DNA of 64,000 nucleotides from Amoebidium appalachense (Eukaryota; Protista; Ichthyosporea), in NCBI GenBank assembly GCA_963693365.1, contig CAVNZM010000012.1:2480001-2544000 (forward strand), read 5' to 3'. The notes beneath the pieces were generated by a model. The model did not search any database. It was not told where the DNA came from and saw only the letters and a list, made by a program, of their open reading frames with translations. A program made the translations under genes and the position numbers. Numbering within the stretch: position 1 is the first letter of the stretch; each line of letters opens with the position of its first letter. Positions 62,086 to 64,000 of this stretch are shown here, piece after piece.

Positions 62086-62940
62086 AATAAAATTAATAAT
62101 AAAAATTATAATTCTGAACGTCTCTCGGGTGTGTGGGTTCTGAGCTGCTATGGCCAAGTTCGTGTGTTTGCATGTATTCAACCCCCCCCCCCCCCCCCCC
62201 CCCCCCCCAAACCCACACACGCACATACCAAAACATAAAAAAACTGGAAAACAAATCATAAAAATACAAGAAATATGATACATACATAACACGGATACAC
62301 CACCTATGTAGTAAATACGTGTACACATTGTGCCTTCCCCAGCATCGAAAATAACAATTCTCATGTTCCATTACCCTGGCTTTGAGCTCCTTATTCCATC
62401 CCCCTGGCCCTGTTTCCATCTCTCTGTGCCGCCACTTTACAAACAAGAAACCAACCATTTCCAACCACCCTATAAACCAACCACCGCTTCTCCCATTTTA
62501 GCGTCTGCGTGCTGAGCACCCGAGAGCCACATTTCTCAAATGAGTCTCACCAATCAAGAGACTCGATCAAATTGTGTCTAATTGCCGATTCGACATACGA
62601 CAGAGCGCGCCCTTTTCAGATCTCGGCTACACGGCGTCATGGAAATTGTGCACAGAATGACGTCACCAATGTGGCTCGCTGCCTAGCGGTTTAAATGGGA
62701 GTAGCGGTGGTTGCTGAAAGTTTCTACTTCAAACCCTTTAGGTGCCCAAACTGTCATCACATGTTTCTCTTCCTCGTTTTTTTCCAATTACTCTCCTTCC
62801 ACCCTTTTCTCCCCCTTTTCCCCCACGTGTTTTTCTCCATTCATCCATTATCCCTGCCTCCACCACCAATACACTCGATCTCAACTTATCATCCCCCCCT
62901 CCCCCCTCTCCCCCCCTCTCCCCCCCCCCCCCCCCCTCTC

Positions 62941-62974
<34 letters not shown>

Positions 62975-63309
62975 CCCCCATCTTCTCCCCTCCCCCCCCA
63001 CTTCCCCACCCTCCCACCCTCCCCCCCCTCCCCCCTCCCCTCCCCCCTTCCTCACCTCCCCTCTCCCCTTCCCCCCTCTTCCCCCCTCCCCCCCCCAATC
63101 CTCTTTCCTCCCCTTCCCCCCCTCCCCCCCCCCCCCTCCCCCTCCCCCCCCCCCCCCCCCCACCCCCCACCTTAGCCACAGCATAAGCCGCACTGCCGAC
63201 CACAGCTGCGCCTGCCGGTCCACCCATCAACAGACCTGCAGCACCAGCCACAGCGACCATGGTCATACCCGTAGTGCCTAGCTCGGAGCTGCGCTTGGAA
63301 CTGACCCTC
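49432..63309 (-). CDS. Inositol polyphosphate 5-phosphatase with a C-terminal SHIP-like C2 domain; 5' exons not located (probably right of the window)
   Basis: In-phase exons at 63309-63171, 61956-61842, 60794-60653, 59788-59651, 59139-59013, 58294-58237, 57547-57480, 56909-56841, 55898-55752, (tentative ~54390-54329 and ~53582-53471), 52361-52212, 51233-51171, 50143-50069 and 49491-49432 (last exon tentative). Catalytic motifs: [49 protein letters not shown] and SDHKPV. The C-terminal WTYSDLPSI...HRHALCLL...IGQFVLP...[11 protein letters not shown] resembles the SHIP1/2 C2 domain as recalled. Confidence 0.92.
51690..52042. repeat. Intronic minisatellite, ~7 copies of a 48-50 bp unit
   Basis: The unit ACATACACATGTATATATACATATGTGTTTACACGTGTATGCGTGTG(C/T)G(G/T) is repeated in tandem. 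Confidence 0.9.
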
Positions 63310-63334
63310 CTGTACATGTGAAAATCGATTGTGA

Positions 63335-63372
<38 letters not shown>

Positions 63373-63585
63373 GGGGGTTAAAATGTCATTCAGAGTACGA
63401 AGCACACATTCATGACTGACGACGCAATGCAGATTTGGCAAAGCTCAGAGTATGCATCACCGGGACGGGGGGGGGGGGGGGGGGGGGGGGGAGGGGGGGG
63501 GGGGGGGGGAGAGAGAGGCAGCGGAGGGGAGGCGGATGAATACATTTAATCGGTGTGTGTGTGTGTGTGTGTGTGTGTGTTGGGG

Positions 63586-63619
<34 letters not shown>

Positions 63620-64000
63620 GGGACGGGCGGGTAGGGAACAAAGTCAGAGAAAGCATAATTGGCGACAAAAATAGAGTCTCGGAGGCGGACAGGGAAGGGG
63701 GGGAAGGGGGGGGGGGGGGGGGAAGAATTCTCGTTCACGAAGAAGACCGACGCCACGAATACCAGGAAAGTGGGGGATCGGTGCCCCCCCACCCCCCCCT
63801 TCCGAGGGGGAGGGGGGAGGGGGGGGGGGGGGAAGGGAGGGGCGGAAATGAAAAAAGAAACGACAGACGCAAGTTGCCGAGTGTTTGATCAGATATGCCC
63901 CAATGCTGATCACCATGACTAATGTGCGGCCCGTTTTAGCAACGGTTTGCTCCCCGCGATGAAGCCGGCCGAAGGCCGTGTTTCATAGAAAATGAGATAT

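Overview
This is eukaryotic, intron-rich genomic DNA, probably from an opisthokont protist. A unicellular holozoan such as an ichthyosporean is plausible, but that is inference only. Introns and some intergenic DNA are saturated with poly-G/poly-C homopolymers and (CA/GT)n and (GA/CT)n microsatellites, so nearly all ORFs in the supplied track are artefacts. Manual splicing with phase checks recovers seven genes: (1) the 3' part of a Pro/Thr-rich protein with a C-terminal SH3YL1/Ysc84-like SH3 domain (+, 163-7808); (2) a two-exon GT4 glycosyltransferase resembling SQD2 (-, 11165-13396); (3) an intronless PHACTR/Bni4-type PP1-binding protein (-, 18711-19496); (4) a secreted four-exon AA15-like lytic polysaccharide monooxygenase with a Thr linker and a small 4-Cys tail (+, 28299-30644); (5) an orphan acidic protein with a C-terminal membrane segment (-, 35321-35890); (6) an RNF115/RNF126-like RING-H2 E3 ligase (-, 37198-44399); (7) a SHIP-like inositol 5-phosphatase plus C2 gene whose 5' end was not found (-, 49432-63309). 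Mobile DNA comprises an inverted-repeat/MITE cluster at 20.5-23.3 kb, a putative solo LTR in an LPMO intron, a foldback MITE at 45.8-46.2 kb and a dispersed intronic repeat with decayed hammerhead-like motifs. No rRNA, tRNA or CRISPR array was seen. The most notable observations are complementary G/C and GT/CA tracts at opposite ends of many weak-signal introns, the LPMO architecture, the SQD2-like enzyme, and a glycine-zipper hydrophobic insert in the 5-phosphatase. No database searches were run; family calls rest on recalled motifs.
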